A stretch of DNA of 64,000 nt from NCBI RefSeq assembly GCF_011386835.1, contig NC_088792.1, positions 158,720,001 to 158,784,000 of the forward strand. The letters run 5' to 3'. The notes below the pieces were generated by a model. That model had not been told where the DNA came from. It saw nothing but the letters and a program-made list of their open reading frames with translations, and ran no database searches. This DNA comes from Chrysemys picta bellii (taxonomy: Eukaryota). The first letter of the stretch is position 1, and each line of letters starts with the position of its first letter. This document shows positions 1-56,761 of this stretch, one piece after another. A program made the position numbers and the translations under genes.

Positions 1-34
1 TTTTCTGCTGGTAGTCCCTTGCTCTATACATTAC

Positions 35-43491
<43,457 letters not shown>

Positions 43492-46400
43492 CTGGAAAAC
43501 GGAAAAGGGGACAGGCTGGTTATGGGGCAGAAGTCATCGGGGTTTCAATTCTGCTGCCCTTCGAGGGTAGGCGTTTTATAAGGGGAAAACTGGAGTTTGC
43601 AGTCATGGGATATTATTCAAGCTGACCGGTTGGGAAGGATCAAGAAAAAGATCAGATACTCAGGCCTGGGTTTTCAAGTATCCTGCAGCCACTGCTGGGC
43701 CAGATTTTCAAAAGAGCTCAGCTCCCATTGCAATACTTACGGGTGAAATGTCCCAGCACGTGGCCTTTTGCAGCACGTATGTCCCACTGAAGGTAGAAAA
43801 CGGGGACTTTCAGGGTTTCAGTGATGCACAGGGTTTGTTCTGGCCCTCTGTCACCAGGAAGGCTAAGACCAGCACCTAGCTGCCAGAGCAATCAATGCTC
43901 TAGAAACGGGGCTTTAGGTCTTGGTTCCAGGGTCCCATATGGTCCCATAATCATAGCCCAAGTAGAAGGGGCAGGAAAGTGACGGACAACTGGTGATGAC
44001 TTGTAGGCATCACAAGACTGCTCTTGTGATTCTGTCACAGAGTCTCGCTATATTTGGTGTGTTTCTCAAGGCACTTTCTAACCACAGATGAACATGGTTA
44101 GGTGAGAATCTCCACTTTCATTTAAAAAAAAAAAAAAAAAAGGAAGTTTCTAGCACTTATGGTTGCAGAGAAAAGCTTGAAAACAGGACCCAAATACACT
44201 CTAAAGGCCCAGATGTAAAGAGGTAAAGAAAAAGAACCCAACAGTTGCTGGGTTTTTTCCCTCCAAATCTCATGATTTGTAAACCAGTCCCATGATTTTT
44301 GGGACACAACTCATGATTTATAAAGGCTTGACATTACCGATACTGCCAGCATATATTTATTCTCCAGGATTATTAGTTCAGAACATTCCACTGGACCCTT
44401 CTGAAAAGAACAAAGAGGCAGGGGGCAAAAGACTGGAGACCCGATTCTCCATTGCCCCGTGCAGCCATATTTACGCCAGCACAACAGGGTGTCAAACGCT
44501 ACCCTTTGGAACTGGCATCTTACAGCCAGTTGGCACTGGTGCAAATGACTGCACAAAGTGGACAATGCAGGATCAGGCCCCTGGACGTGCAGCTCAGAGG
44601 GTGCCTCATGGATACAGAGATTCCAGGGCCAGACGGGAACACTGTGATAAATCACAGGGCAGAGAATTCCACCCAGTAGCTCGGTGAGTTAGGAGCCCAG
44701 TGCACACGCTCTAGTCTGTTGGGTTCTCATTGCTGCCAGTAAACCGAGCTCAGATCAACCACATTTCCTTAGCCGCACACCAGCTGCAGACTGCCCTGCA
44801 GGTTTGGGTCGGGGCACATTTGCCAGCTCACGAGGGACACTGATAACCATTGTAAACGATGGGGGGGGGGGCAGTATTTGGTGTCCCATGACCTGCCCAT
44901 GGATTCTCTTGTGCACAGGTACCCAGCCCATGTCACAATCCCAGATAACCGACCTCAGAAAACACAGCACCGGGGCAAAGTGCAGCTCCAGTCCAGGGAT
45001 AACTAAGCCAGATTCTCTCTCCGTTTCCCCTCCTGCCCAGCCTCTCCTGAGTCCCAGGACAGGAAAGGTGAGGAGTTAATCTTCACCTCAAATGCACCTC
45101 CGAAAGAATGCAGCAGGCTTTTCCTCTCCTCCCCCCCCTTTATAAAATGAAAACGCAGTGTGTGCAGGGAACGCAGCAACAAAGACGACTGATGGAGATG
45201 GAGCACCCACTGGTGCTCTGTGCCCCACCAATGTGTCCATTCACCAGCTCTGCTGGCAGCAGTGATGCTCAGACATCTGGTTTGGATACAACAGGCCTCG
45301 GGACTTTTTTATTAATTATTATTACACAAATTGTTTTAACCTGGAGCTTCTTTTGCAAGTTCCCTCTTTGCACCCTCCTTTTTCTTTGTGTCTCCACACA
45401 CACGCCAGTCTACAGCCAAGGGATACTCAAATAACCTCGGCTTTCTCTGCCAAAGAGAATAGAAACCATATGGTAAAACAACTGAGAGATCACTGGTGCA
45501 AACACGGCCTCTGCCTCCCTCCTTCCCCACAGCGAGCCTGGATTCAGCTCCTTTGCACGATGGACACTGCAGACAGCAGCACCAGAGTCACAATGGAGGC
45601 CCTCAGAGGCGGGGGGAGGGGCCCTGTGCCTGATTCGCCAGCCTGGGGGGAGAGGCAGTGGGGCTCCAATATTCACAGGGTAGATGGGGCCCAAGCTGCA
45701 AAGTCTGGATTCAGATTTTAAACACATTTTCAGTTTGGATCTAAGTTTGGGGCTGTCCTGGTATAAAGATTAGTGGCCCAAGTGCATTGTTCAGATCTGG
45801 GAACTGATCCAGTGGTTTGGTTCGGGTCCATCAGGAGCTGCGAGCCAACCCCTGAGCTCACGGTGCAGCCCCCATTCAGGCAAATCTCACTACAACCACT
45901 GGGAGTCTCGCCTGGGTAAGGAAGACCCAGAAGATTTGTCCCCATGTGTAGAATGAAATTCACCCCTGAGCAGAGAACCCACAAGGCTAGGCACCACTTT
46001 AGTCCTACTTAAGCCCTCAAAATTGGGCCTTGCCTCGTACATAGGCCTAGTCCTGGCCCAGTGCACAGTGGGTGTGGGGAATTTGATCCCCAGAGAAGAT
46101 GCAATATCCGGCCTCCTGACTACAAGGGCAATTTTACTGTAGCAAGCTCTCCAAGCATCGCAGTAGAGCTCTGGGTGGTTAAGAACCACAGTGCACCATG
46201 CAAGCAGACAATGCCAGTCAATCCTCTGTGTAGAACACACCTAGAATGGAAGCCACAGCTATGTGATGGAACGATCCCAATACGTGACAGCAGAGTTTGG
46301 GATGCACAGAATGGGGACACCTATTGCATGTGGTAGGAGAAAAGAGACGAGGGAATCCCAGTATCCAGCTTCTGAAATCCATTATTACTATTTATCATGT

Positions 46401-47825
46401 TTATTACAGTAGCATCTAGGGACCAACCAAGAATGGGGCCCCATTGTGCTGGGCACGGTCAAACACACAGTACCAGGAAGTCCTTTTCCCAGAGCAGCCT
46501 ACAATTTAAATAGACCCAGAGCCAGTTCAGAATGATCCTTCTTGTGTTTAAAACCCTTGTTCCCGCTGTTATCACACACCTGGTCTCTCTCTCTGCTCCT
46601 CTCCCTCCCCTTGCCCAGCTCGTACCCTGGGCCTGCACTTCTGCACTAGTGAAGCTATCCCAGTGACTGGCTTCTAATAGCTGGAATTGCCAGGGTAAAC
46701 AAAGCCTGCGCTGTATGCTGCATACAGGGGGACCCTGGGAGCAACCTAATCTTGAAAGGATATAACTTGCATTGCCACAGGGGGAAAAAAACAGTGCTAA
46801 AAGCAACAGGATGGTTTCTGGCCAAAGGAGGCTGAGAAAGAATCCCCCAGACTTAACAATTGGCTTGGCAGATGGCTTTTTCCTCCTCCCTCTGTTTCCT
46901 TCCCCTGGAAAAGCCATCTAGGCTCTCCTCTTTGCTGCATAGATGGAATCCACATACAAACCCTGGGGGGGGGGGGGGGGGGGAGCTGCATCTCAGAGAG
47001 ACACCATCAACACTCAGCCAGCCAGCCCTGGGATGGTGATTCAGCTCAGTTATAGGAATTTGGCACAACCGTCTGCCTTGGGGGCCAGACTTTCACTGAA
47101 ACACCCTGAGCAGGTCTGGGGTTTAGGTCATTTACCTTGTTCCTATAAGAGCCCAGTGTCGAAAGATGGATGTAGATTGCAAGCTCTTTGGGGCAGGGAC
47201 CATCCATCTCCGTACTCTGTGTTTGCACAGTGCCTGGCACAATGGGGCTGGTCCATGAACAGGGAGCTGCAGACTGCATGAGGCAGTGTCTTGCCCTTCC
47301 CTCTACAATGCAATCAATGGGCAGCCACAGTCCATGTTAGAATCATTGAACGGGAAAGCAGCCAGCGCAGTGGAATGAGGAGGACAGAATCATAGGATTT
47401 AGGGAAATAAGCCACCTCCTCCTGCATTTCTAGCTTACCAAGATTTTCTGGCTCCAAGGAAAAGGTGGCGGAGAGAGTAATAAAAATGAAAAACAAGGTG
47501 ACAGGATCAGTTAACGCGTAAGGAAAGGTGATGCCCAGTCCCTGCTTTGATGCAATTAACATCTTTAATTATGTCTTTAATTATGAAAATGAGGCCGGAC
47601 AATTAGGGTAACTCAAGAAAACCAAAAAGCCTTCTGAATACTGGGCTAGAATCAGATTCCAACCCAGAGATGAACGTGGTGGTACCTGCCCACTTTTACG
47701 ATGGCTGAACCAAACCCCCAGTTCTGAACAAAACTTGGAGACCTTTGGCTCTGGACTTCGTGGTTCAGGCCTGTCTCTAGTGATCACAGCTTTAATCAGG
47801 TTTCAGAACAATGATGTTCTACACT

Positions 47826-48095
47826 ACCACGTCTCCACTACCACTTATGTCAGCAAAACTTATGCTGCTCAGGGGTGTGAAAAAACACACACACCCCCAC
47901 CGAGTGACACACGTTTCGCTGGCATAAGTGGCAGTGTGGACAGCGTCATGTCGGAGAGAGAGCTTCTCCCACTGACGTAGCTACCGCTGCTCACTGGGGT
48001 GGTTTAATTATGTCAACAGGAGAGCTCTCTCCCATCGGCTTAGAGCGACTACACAAGAGATCTTACCGTGGTGCAGATGCTGTAAAGTCTCTAGT
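47826..48095. mobile_element. gtctacac-type (PIF/Harbinger-like) element remnant
   Basis: Shares ggggtgtgaaaaa...cacac interior text with the 27642 host and with ~63600-63740. Confidence 0.55.
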
Positions 48096-48349
48096 ATCTC
48101 AACACACTTCCCCAGAAGGGTAGTTTTCTCCCTATTTTACAGCAGAGCAGAACAAGACACACGAGGAGTGACTTGCCAGAGTCACAGAGCAGGCCTGGGG
48201 TGAAACTGGGTGAAGAACTCAGGTGTCTGAGTGCCCAGTCTGGCACTTGTCACACTGCCTCATGCAGCTAGAAAAAGGAACCCGGCTATGAATTGTGCAA
48301 TATTTGGAATGATTATCCATTTATGTGGGCCAGGAGGCAACAGAGTAGT

Positions 48350-48377
48350 GCAATAATAATAATAATAATAATAATAA
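48350..48377. repeat. (AAT)n microsatellite
   Basis: Direct reading. Confidence 0.9.
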
Positions 48378-49792
48378 TTACAACATAATAAAAAAGAATA
48401 AAGCTTCTAGGGAACATGTCAGAACCTGCAACATCTGCAGGGGAAGATTAGGGATTGCAGGAGTTCTGACTCTCAAATAGATTAATGGACAATACCCTCG
48501 CTTAGGTAGTGCCAAGAACAGTACAGAAAGGCAAGGGAAAGTAAACTCACTGAAGGAGGCGCAAGGCTATGAATGCAGGTATGCAGCCAAGAGATATAAA
48601 TTAAGAGAATGTCTAGAAGCCACATGGGGAGACTTACTGTACGTGCAAGACCTGGGTTACAAAACTGCAACTATTTAGAGCCAGATTCTCAGCCTCATTC
48701 CACTGTCTCCAGTAATTGACAAATAAACGCATCTCCTTTGAAAAGTGGCTGATGCTTTCAACCGAGCAATGCTGATTTATCGCGGCTAAGGATCTGGCTC
48801 ATTGAAGCTGGGTGTATCCCTAAATGAAGGTGGCTTTATGTGTTTTTAAGAGGCAATGTATTTTAATAGCCACGTGGGTGGAGAACACAATTCTCTGCAG
48901 CAAAGGGATCGCTGGCGAAGGGAATCAACACAGACAAACTGCACACTTAGGATTTGGAAAAGTTCCACCCCCCACCCCACCCCCTGCGGCAGCAACAAAA
49001 CAAAACAAAAACAGAACATATTGGCCACTGCAACAAGGTGGCAACGATGCCCATCAGAGGAATAGGCACAGTCTAAAATCTGCCCTCTTGACCAAGCTCC
49101 TAAGGGCTCCAGCAGGAAATGGGAAACCAATAATTATTACTATATTTTTTAAATATTCAGCAAAAGCGAGGCAGCAAAGTATCACTTGCGAGCTCCTGCC
49201 ATCAGCATTTTCAAAGAGCTCAGCTACACATGTATCAACACGACTGCAATGCACCATGGGTGACTTGTTCGGGAGGATCACTGTAAGTCAGGGAACGTGT
49301 CAGGGAATGCTGGGGAAAATGATTTTGGCTCTACGTAGGCTAGCCTTCCCCCCGCCCCCCATTATCACCAGATCAGCTCCAGCTGTCAGTGTTTTTACTG
49401 GCATGTTGTCTAACCCTGTTCAGAGCAAGCCTAAGTGACGTGGGGGTTAAAACGTCTGTAGTCATTGGCACCACTAGCAAAGCTGAAAGGATACTGGGTC
49501 CATACAGTGTGTGTATGGACCCAAAGATGCAGAAGTATTTAGACCAAGGAACTAGGAAATCAGGACTCCTGGGTTCTATCCCCGGCTCTGAGAGGGGACT
49601 GTGATCTTGTGCCTAGAGCAGCTAAGTGGGAATCAGGACACCTGGGTTCCTTTGGCTGAGAGCAAGTGGTGGTTACGGAGATACAGGAGGTGACTGGGTG
49701 TCAGGACTCCTGGGCTCTACTCCCAGGATGCCATTGACTTGCTGAGTACCCTTGGGCTAGGGCCAAAGCCTGCTCCTGTTAAAGCCAATGAG

Positions 49793-50872
49793 CAGGGTGG
49801 ATTAAAAAAAAAATCTGATTTTTTTTAAATTTAAATTGGATTTTTGTGGGAAAAAAATCTATCTAAAGATAGTTTTAATTAAGGTACATTATATCTCATC
49901 ATGGAATAGGGATTATAAATTCTAATTCGATAGTATGAGACAATATATTCCTATAATGTTTAAGAAAAGTTTTGTAAATGAGTTCCAACAGTTCATGGAT
50001 TAGGGACCCAATTTTATGGGGTTCCATGGACTTCTGTATAGATTATTTAGGTTAATCTTTCTACCTACCCAATGGGACTCAGTGCTTAGTCTATTCTAGA
50101 AGATACCATCAGAGATGCTTAGTTTTGCAGTTCTCAAACTGTGGATTTGTGTCTCCAGAGATAACATGCTTGTTAACAGCAAAAATGTTTTTAAATAAAT
50201 AAATAATATATAGAGGTGAGAAATAACAGACCTCAACCCTATTGTCCCTCTGCAAATTTGTGTACCCAGAGTCAATCCCTTACCTCTCTCTAAAAGTGCA
50301 AAGTTTCAAAAAGTTCAATGAATAGAAGATTGTTGGGGACGGAATAGATCTGCACAAGGAGAAGAAATCTGGAGATAAAGTGAGATGCGAGGGACATATG
50401 CTTGTTTTGTTAAAATATTACATGTTTGCTGTTGAAGAAAAAAAACCCAGAATACATAATGTTGTTGTTTTAGTTAAATAAAGCAATTTAAATGTCTGTC
50501 TGGTGATGTTCTCCTCCTAATACAGCATGGCAAGAAAATCCTCCAAATATTAATGATTAACCTGTTGAATTGGAGATAGTTCACCTCCCAATGACTTCAT
50601 AAATATCTGCTTCAATTATCTTTGGTAAATGAAATAACCAAACAATCATTCATTTTCTGATATAGCTGTAAAACTAATCTGAAAAGTTTTCAAAATAAAT
50701 CACTGTTTAAAAATGTATAGTGTGTACCTTCTAAAAATGAAACCTACATCTATCTCTGAGTTGTGAAGAATATGTAGTAAGGTTATAACAACCAACAAGA
50801 ATGCACTTTTATGTAGAAATCCATGATTAAATAGAGTCTTCCTGACTAGTGACTTAAATCAAATCCACCCTG
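49793..50872. mobile_element. AT-rich non-autonomous hAT (1,080 bp)
   Basis: TIR cagggtggatt / aatccaccctg; perfect 8-bp TSD ccaatgag. Confidence 0.9.
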
Positions 50873-51867
50873 CCAATGAGAGTTTTACCATCGTCTCAAC
50901 GGGCGAAGGATAAACATCCCAACTCACTTACTTCCCTGTGCCATCTCTTTCCTTCATCTGCAAAGTGGGTTATGATGATATCATCTATCCTGCAGAGCGT
51001 TGTGGGACTGAATTAATTACTGTTTGCAAAGTGTTTTGAGATGGGAAGAGGGGTACTGTCACACAGGGCTAAAAGGGTATTAGAAGCTAACAGAGCTGGT
51101 CAGATAATGGCAAAGATTTTCCAAGAAAAAATTCATAACAAAATAAAACATTTTTTTAAAATTTCATGAATGTTTTTCAGCTTTTAATTGTTTCAATGTC
51201 CAATATATATAATTTTTTCATTGAGAAAATGTCACAAAAAACAAACTTTTTTTCTATTTTTAAAAAAGGCAATTTTCATCAAAAATCTTTTTTCAAGCAA
51301 AAGATTTCAACAAATGCCATAAACTGATCCACTGGAGTTTCCCCAGCCACCTCACAGATAATGGAGTGAAGGAGCTAAAGGAGTGTTCAACCTGTTTGCA
51401 AAGATTCCCAAGACACTTTTAATTTCTCTTAGAGCATTGGCTATAATTGATACAATGTTGTTGTGACTTGTTTATCCCCAATTAGCATAATGGCTGGTGC
51501 TGTCTGATGTTTGCAGTTCACAGGTGATAGCAGATTAGCAAGCAGAGTGCTCCATGTAAATTACCCTCTCTGCAATGCAAGGGGGAAGCGGGGAATTTTA
51601 ACAGCCTTCAACCAGCACTGGACCCCAACCAAAGCTCAGGCAGATGGCGGGACATGGCAGTACAGACTGTGGGGTCACAAGCAAGAGCTGCCAGAAGGGA
51701 AGGGAAAACTGGTCTCTGGGCCAGCTCCTCTTCTCATCCTGCTGTCAGATGGAGGAAAATGGCTTAGCGGACAGGTTGCAAGTCTCTGCGGGGCTTCAAG
51801 TAGCGACTTGTGTCTGAACAAACAGGGAATGGGCTTCAGCCAATTATCCAATGTCCCAGTATGCTGA

Positions 51868-52190
51868 TGTCGGGGCCAAACTCTCAATTTTCTCATGAGC
51901 CTTGTGACATTTGGTGGGTTTTTTTGAGCCCCAGCTCTTGGAGTCATGTGAATACCTGAGAATGGCAGTTTCCATTTTTTTTTTTTTTTTTAATAAGTTT
52001 CTAGCCATCATGATTGTGGAAATGAGCTTGAGAATGTGACACTCCCCCTCCCCCAAAGACTCAAAAGCCAGAAGGCAAATAAAAAAGAGCCCCAAATTCA
52101 TAAAATTTCATGATTTTTAAAGCCAATCTCCTGATTTGTGGGGACCACCACTGACTCCTGAGTTTTTAAGGTTTAGGGCTGGCAACACTG
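51868..52190. mobile_element. Older hAT-like remnant (gccaactc / ggcaacactg type); related fragment at ~44010-44335
   Basis: Right terminus ggcaacactg and catgattttt interior motifs shared between the two loci. Confidence 0.5.
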
Positions 52191-52522
52191 CTTTTGCAGT
52201 CACTCAGAGGCCACACTGTGTGCTAGGCACTGTACAAACACATACGAAAACAAGGGACTTGATCCATTGTTGCCCTGAGCCGTTTGGAGGCGTTGTATGA
52301 ATGATGCTAACATGTGCAGCAGAAAGGAGAGGCGGTGTGGTCTAGTGGGTAGAGCACTAGCTGGTGAATTAGGAGCCCAGAGGTCTATCCCTGGTTCTGC
52401 TTCTGATTTGCTGCATGACCTTATGCAACTCTTCTCACCTTTCACCCTTTGTCTGTCTTGTGAATTTAGACTATAAACTCTTCTGGGTGAGGCTGTCTCT
52501 CACCAGGTGTTCGTACAGCGCC

Positions 52523-52771
52523 CAGGGCCGGCTACAGCTTTTTTGCCACCCCAAGCGGCGAAGAAAAAAAAAACGAAAAAAAAAAACCCGATTGAGCTGC
52601 CACTGAAGAGGAAGAGACGGAGTGAAGGACCTGTTGCTGAATTGCCGCCCAAGACTAAAGCAGAGTGCTTGAGCTGTCGCCACCGTGCTACCGAAGACCC
52701 GAACGTGCAGCCCCTTTCTATTGGCCACCCCAGGCACCTGCTTCCTTCGCTGGTGCCTGGAGCAGGTCCTG
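52523..52771. mobile_element. hAT MITE (cagggccggct family) inserted in a MIR-like SINE (~52330-52830)
   Basis: TIR cagggccggct / agcaggtcctg; perfect TSD acagcgcc. Confidence 0.88.
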
Positions 52772-53769
52772 ACAGCGCCTAGCACAATCGTGCCCTGATC
52801 TTGGTTGTGGCCTCTAGACCAGAGTAGTCAATTATTTTTGTCTAGGTCCAAATTTCTTGGTCAAGGTATAGTCAAGGTCCAGAATCCAGAGAAAATAATA
52901 AAAAGCAACAACAATAATGATAATACTAATAATGAGTAAATAAAAAGATTTCGGGGTCCATTCAAAAGCGTCTGATGATTTGGATTTGGCCAACGGTTCG
53001 CTTATTGACCAACCTTGCTCTAGACGCTACTGCTATATTAATAATCTATTTTAGGGTTTTATACTGCAACCCATCACCACAGTATCTGAGCACAAGGAAT
53101 AATAATGGCAGCACGTTGCAGTCACTTTGCACTCGTATACATGACACCACAAGATGCAAGGCACAGGTGGATCAGACCCACGGCCCCTGCCCGGAAGAGT
53201 TTACAATATAATTCATAACCATACGCTCAGCCACTGACAATGAACCATGTTGTTTTACACATTGATGTGACCCCATGTGAACCAGTGGAGCTGTTTCAAG
53301 ACAGACAAGCTGAGACAGGCCTGGGTTGAACCATTCCTGGACAGGTCTGGGAATGGCCTGCATATTTCTTCAAATTGATCTTACATGGACATGTTGATTT
53401 GTTGTTTTTTTGTCAGGTGACAAAGTTCCTCCATATGCTGAGTATACACCGTAAACCACAACAGCTGGGCTACCTTATATTTGCTAGAAGTCTCTGAGGC
53501 GGCTTATAAAAGTCAGGTGTGCAGGAGATGCCTTGCTATGAACAGAAGAGGTTGCTCACATTTTTGCAGGAAGATGGTAGACAGACGGTTATGTGAATGG
53601 CAGCCTTGGGAGATGCAACACTTTAATTTTAAGCACCATGCACTCAAATACACATATTAGTCTGGCAAGGAAGTGGGGTAGATGTCTCAGAGGAATGGGA
53701 ATCACATGTGGGGGCTTTTAACCTCTAGGACACACGCAGCTCAGACCAATAGTCACTGAAAGTTACCAC

Positions 53770-54414
53770 TGTGGTCAGATGTTTGGTTGCGGGTGTGTGT
53801 TCTCCCTGTGGGCTGTCCCCAGCTCTGCACAGACAGTTGGCACAGCAGACCTCGATCAAACTGCCCAATGACCACAAGATCTGTTAAGGGATGAAGGCAC
53901 CCATCAGGTTCATTGTCGATGAAGCACGGTAATAGCACCTGGCAGACTCTACGAGGATACTAAGACATGGATGCCCATGACAATGGACGCAGCGCAGTCA
54001 GTGGCAGGACTTTCCACTGCCCCCTACTCTGATCAAAGATACTCCCTCTGAGATACATCTTGTACCCCGATACAAACACGTTAGTACCTTCTAACATAGT
54101 TACTGCCCCCTGATGTGGCTAGTTATCACCCATCACCTTCTACATATTGGTTCGATTAAAACATTTTTATTACATACTGTCATCCTGACCTTAGCTTTTA
54201 GGAGGGGTCAGTGTGTTTCTGTTATGCTTGGAGAATGTTTTTGTACCATCCTTGATATTGGGATAGGTTTGCGTGAGTACTCTGACTAGCACTTCTTAGG
54301 AATGTGTATGTCTGCAATATCAGCCCTGTTCTTGCCAGATTCTGTGAGCAGGTCCTGCCTCATACCAGTCTTCTTGATATAAGGGCTTATGTCTCAGGCT
54401 CTCTTCCTACTACA
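53770..54414 (-). mobile_element. Solo LTR (645 bp)
   Basis: TG...CA ends with 5-bp TSD accac (53765-53769, 54415-54419). Minus strand has a degenerate PAS (aatgaa) towards the 3' end. No internal coding sequence. Confidence 0.75.
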
Positions 54415-55117
54415 ACCACCATCCTCCTCAGTGACCAATGGACTGAGACTTGCCCTCCTTTGAAAAGGGCCAGGGAGGTGAGATATTGGATGTCCAGCTT
54501 GAAGGCATCCTAAAGAGGCCTGTTTTCAAATGGCGGGTCCCCAGCACTGTCTGAAAATCAGACCTTTTTAAGGGGCCTAAAGCCGGCCAGCCACAAGCTG
54601 AGCACCTCCAAGTCACCAGGCACTTTTGAACCACTTGGCCGAAAAGTGCTACCTGTGCAGAAGTGCAAAATGTGGCTATTACCATATGAAAGGTGCTGGG
54701 TGGGAGGTCTCAGTCCAGTTCCCCAAACAATTGCCTACATCACAAATAAACGCCCCTGCAGGTTAGCAATTAACAACATAGTGGGGAAGTCCCAGCTCAC
54801 AGGCCAAGGACCAGCTGGATCAGCCAGACTGAAATCCCTTCTCACAGATGCACCTTGGCGGGACAGCGTGGCAGGGAAGGTGGCCCTGATGCTGCCCATG
54901 CTGTACCTGCTTGATCAAGAATTAAAGGCACTCATTCGCCATGACTGTCAGCCTGGTACCGATCAAGAGCACTGAATACACAAGACAAAATAAAGAAGTA
55001 GGTGAGCCAACTAACTTGGGTTGGAGACCAATGCTCCGGCCACCATTCAGCTTGGCACTTAACCGCGTGCCTGCTGCCTGTCTCCATACAGATGTTGTAG
55101 CAGCATAACAATGTCCA

Positions 55118-55820
55118 TTAGGCCTGGTCTCCATGTTTTACCAGTAAAACTTGCCTTATTTCAACACGCCTTTGCATGTGTCCACACAATTTTTCATTCT
55201 GTCGGTAAAACCCTGACTTTCTGTGTCTCATGGTAAGCCAACACAAGCCATCTCAGAGCCCTATCGCAGAGGTACCATCATTGAGTAGATGCTGCATTCG
55301 CTGTTCTGCTGTCAACAGTCCTCCAGCAACAGTCCCACAATTGCCCTGTCCCTGCAACAGCGACAGCTCTGGCACAATTCTGAACTCTACTGCCCAGGAG
55401 TTGCAGGGACCGGACGTCTGCCCATCACCTTTAAAACCTCTACCATGTTTTCGAAATGCCTCTCTTCCTGCTAGTCCACCTTGGCGAGCATGCAGGTATG
55501 GCTCCATGTAAAGCTCCAGATGAACCTAGTGCGACTGCCTGGTCCAGGAAAGAAGCCTTGGATTTCCTCAGCCTGTGGGGAGGAGGACTAGCAAAAGCCC
55601 AGCTACAGAACAACTGCAGAAATGTCTATTCGGACATTGGAGAGGAGATAGTTATTCCATTAAAAATGCTTTTTACCAGGATAGTTTATTCCCCTTTCCA
55701 TAGAGCAATAGCTGTACCAGTATAAGCACCTTTATACCAGTGGAATTGCATCCACACTAATCCCTAGCTATACCTGGACAGCAGAGTGCTACAACTTGTG
55801 TGTGCAGACAAGGTCTGACT
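55118..55820. mobile_element. gtctacac-type DNA element remnant(s)
   Basis: Terminus-like ttaggcctggtctcca and gtgcagacaaggtctga; internal structure unclear. Confidence 0.4.
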
Positions 55821-56281
55821 TTGAGCAGTAGTCCCATTGATGGCAACACACGTGCTTAAGCACCTTGCTGAATCGGGCCTCTCTCTTCACAGGAATTACA
55901 GCGTCGTCTTCGAAGGCTCTTTCCAAGCGCCAAAACGTGACATTGTCTGCCTGTGCAGTCTCATCTCAGAGTCTTTAGGAATTAGCTTCAGTCAAGCACG
56001 TGATTAAGGACTCAAATCCCAGGACAGAGGGATTCTGGTTTTGGTATCGCCCGCCTGCAATGGGCTCCCTCGAATCCTTCTCAATGCTTTGATGTTTTCT
56101 TGCTCCTGTTCTTTGTTTCCAACCCAAGGTCTAAAAAATAACGCAGCAAAATGGTAAAAGTGAGCCCTGGCTAATTAGGGATATATATAGTGAGCTGATG
56201 GGATAGAAAACAAACCGTTATTCCCAGGGCTGGTGCCTCCTCCTGACTGTGGTCTGACATGCACTGTGTTCTCCAGAAACT

Positions 56282-56420
56282 CCCAGGGGCTTCTGCCCAG
56301 CCCTGCATTCACTGTTATTCAAAATCCACTGGGGCTCCTGCCAAACCCAGCGTCACATTCACTGTTACCCAAAGACCCCGGGGGCTCCTGCCCAGCCCCA
56401 AACATGCATTTGATTGAAGT
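56282..56420. repeat. ~50-bp minisatellite, ~3 degenerate copies (ggggctcctgcccagccc...cattcactgtta)
   Basis: Direct reading. Confidence 0.75.
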
Positions 56421-56498
56421 CCCTAGGGTCGCTCCTCAGACCCTGTGCTGTGTTCTCTCTTATCCTCTTAGTGACCCTCCGAATACTATAGCCTAGGC

Positions 56499-56761
56499 CA
56501 GGGAAGGCGGCCCAAGGGCTGATTTTCAGTGGAACTCACACTGCCCGGGCTCTGCATTTTAATTTAATTTTGAATGAAGCTTCTTAAACATTTTAAAAAC
56601 CTTATTTACTTTACATACAACAATAGTTGAGTTATATATTATAAACTTACAGAAAGAGACCTTCTAAAAACGTTAAAATGTATGACTGGCACGCGGAACC
56701 TTAAATTAGAGTGAATAAATGAAGACTCGGCACACCACTTCCGAAAGGTTGCCGACCCCTG
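56499..56761. mobile_element. hAT MITE, internally deleted copy
   Basis: Right end ggttgccgacccctg; perfect TSD gcctaggc; body nearly identical to 59107-59417. Confidence 0.88.

Noticed and set aside
48824-49438. 204-aa plus-strand ORF
   Set aside because: No recognisable domain, no exon structure, composition typical of intron sequence.
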